Shown one piece after another: positions 61,917 through 64,000 of a DNA stretch of 64,000 nt. This stretch comes from Octopus sinensis (taxonomy: Eukaryota). The stretch lies in the NCBI RefSeq assembly GCF_006345805.1, contig NC_043015.1, positions 27,962,001-28,026,000 of the forward strand, read 5' to 3'. Under the pieces are notes generated by a model, which saw nothing but the letters and a program-made list of their open reading frames with translations, was not told the origin of the DNA and ran no database searches. Made by a program: the position numbers and the translations under genes. The first letter of the stretch is position 1; the number at the start of each line of letters is the position of its first letter.

Positions 61917-61995
61917 ATGGTGTTTTTTTAATTTTTCATTTGATGACTACTTGATCCAGTGAGTCATTCTGCTTTTCTAAACACCAAGGTTTAAC

Positions 61996-62185
61996 TTAAC
62001 CCTTTAGCGTTCAGATTATTCTGTCAATTATTTATTCACACTGTTTTTAATTAATCATGCATTGTCTTATAAACTTCCAGATTTTAATGAAGTAATTTTT
62101 AGAGGGGCCAAATCTGGCCAGTTTGGACATAAAACAGTTAATATATTTTGGCCAGATATGGCTAGTTTAAACGCTAAAGGGTTAA
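61996..62185. mobile_element. piggyBac-type MITE, family F
   Basis: TTAA TSD and a perfect TIR pair CCCTTTAGCGTT / AACGCTAAAGGG. Confidence 0.88.
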
Positions 62186-62900
62186 GGAAAAATTTAGCTG
62201 CTAATCCTAATAGATCAAGCAACCATGTAGAAGCTCCTTTGTTGACCTGATGTAACCCTGACTTTTACAAGGAATCAAAAACCTTCCATAGGGGTGATAA
62301 TAGATGAATGTACAGAAATGATAATAATCCTATCTATTGATAGAATTATCATCATTTCAAAATAAATCATCAAATACAATTATCATCTAATAAATCATAA
62401 AACAGAATTCTTTATTATCTGACTTCTTTGTAATCAATAACAGCCCTAATATGAATTTCTTTTCTAGTTTTTCCCTCTTGAGCTTTCTCGCATACATCAA
62501 AGGAAAATCAAGCGTAATCGCAAGACGTTTAGCAATATTTGAGTGTGGTTCAGTTTGAAACTCAATAAACATCACGAGAGAAACTATTGATATATCTTGT
62601 GTCAGTTTGAATAGTGTAGAAATAGATTCTGTCTTTATTCTTGGCTTGCTTTGAACATGTGAAATAAACTTTCTTAAAATTTGGAAAACAATTACTTTTC
62701 TGAAAAGGGAATTTTTGTTTTGTATTTTGTTCCAGCTAGAATATTAATGGAATTATTCAATACAAAACTATTTACCATAGTAAGTAGCTGATTCTTTTTT
62801 TTTTTTTCTTTACACATTCTCAAATACCACTACAATATTCTAGATTGAATCGTACCTTACTTTTAAATATATTTCATTCTAATCTTCTCCTTATTAAGAA

Positions 62901-63202
62901 CACAATTGCAGTGAGGAAGGTGTTTATAAGCCATTTAAGAAACACACAAAACCGTTAGATTCACTTCAACATTTAAATTTAATTTGTCAAAATATTTTCG
63001 TCGCTTTGAGACCGCGACCTGTTCACCGCAGTCTCAAAGCATCGAAAATATTTCGACAAATTAAATTTAAATGTTGAAGTGAATCTAACGGTTTTTGTGT
63101 GTTTCTTAAATGGCTTATAAGCACCTTCCACGCTGCAATTGTTTTCGTTCCAGCACACGATCTCAGATCAAGTCACTTGCTATGCAAGTACATCTCCGTA
63201 AT
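62901..63202. mobile_element. Palindromic Penelope-like insert with a 13-bp TSD
   Basis: Arms 62902-63016 and 63027-63142 with a 10-nt loop. TSD TCCTTATTAAGAA at 62888-62900 and 63203-63215. Confidence 0.8.
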
Positions 63203-63584
63203 TCCTTATTAAGAAGTTCTTTCATTATAACTCCATTTGTTATTTGCATGCTCTCCTGCTCCATAACTTAGATCAATGTAGTGGCAATATGCATTGGCCG
63301 CTCGCTTGTCGTTACTGAGCTGCTAGCAATTAAACAAAGAAAAGATCACAGCAGTTCAAAGATTACAACTGACCATAACAAATGCAGCAGATTTCCTCCT
63401 TGTCTGAAAACATTCAGTATTCAGATTTTACTGTTTCTGACTATCTGCTATAATCAATAACTATTTCACAAAGCTTAGAAGTTTTCTGTATGCCAGTTAA
63501 AAGTTTTATGATTTCAAAGGAGTCAGCGATATATCTTTACAAAGCAACTGTAGTGTATAGTGAATGGAGAAGGACATAGTATTA

Positions 63585-63916
63585 GAGCAGCCAACTGGCT
63601 TCCGTACCCGTGGCATGTAAAAGGGCACCATTCGAGCGTGATCGTTACCAATGTTGCTTCACTGGCACGTGTAAAAAGATTCGAGCGAGGTCATTGCCAG
63701 TACCGCCTGACTGGCCCCCATGCCGGTGGCATGTAAAAAGCACCCACTACACTCTTGAAGTGGTTGGCGTTAGGAAGGGCATCCAGCTGTAGAAACTCTG
63801 TCAGATCAAGACTGGAGCCTGGTGCAGCCATCTGGTTTGCCAGCCCTCAGTCAAAATCGTCCAAACCATGCTAGCATGGAAAGCGGACGTTAAACGATGA
63901 TAATGATGATGATGAT
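63585..63916 (+). mobile_element. Family B variant (RTE-type 3' end)
   Basis: GTGGCATGTAAAA modules, AGGAAGGGCATCCAGC and a (GAT)n tail. Confidence 0.85.
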
Positions 63917-64000
63917 ACAATATGATTTAGATGAAGAAACGGTAAAATGTACTAGAGTATAAAAAAAATCCAACCAGTTGCTATTTTTTTCTCATGACCT

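Overview
AT-rich eukaryotic non-coding DNA. The repeat families resemble those I recall from octopus genomes, so this is probably a coleoid cephalopod (recalled, not searched). There is no intact host ORF. The window is a mosaic of three tRNA-headed SINE families (called A, C and D here), a 5'-truncated frameshifted RTE-clade LINE (5315-7145, minus strand) and many short copies of its 3' end (family B), an older BovB-like RT remnant, two TTAA-flanked piggyBac-type MITE families, hAT-type MITEs, non-autonomous Helitrons, Penelope-like short inserts with hammerhead-like motifs, and micro- and minisatellites. Poly-T tracts and splice signals on the minus strand suggest that the window lies in very long intron(s) of a minus-strand gene. 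The most interesting signals are: (1) a textbook recursive-splicing ratchet point on the minus strand at 13841/13840 (branch point, pyrimidine tract, then CAG|GTAAGT); (2) several independent inverted copies of nearby unique DNA, including a two-donor patchwork at 15819-15936; (3) hammerhead-like motifs in four Penelope-type inserts; (4) SINEs inserted as monomers, dimers and trimers with a fixed junction; (5) a PHD finger inside the LINE RT. All alignments were done by eye.
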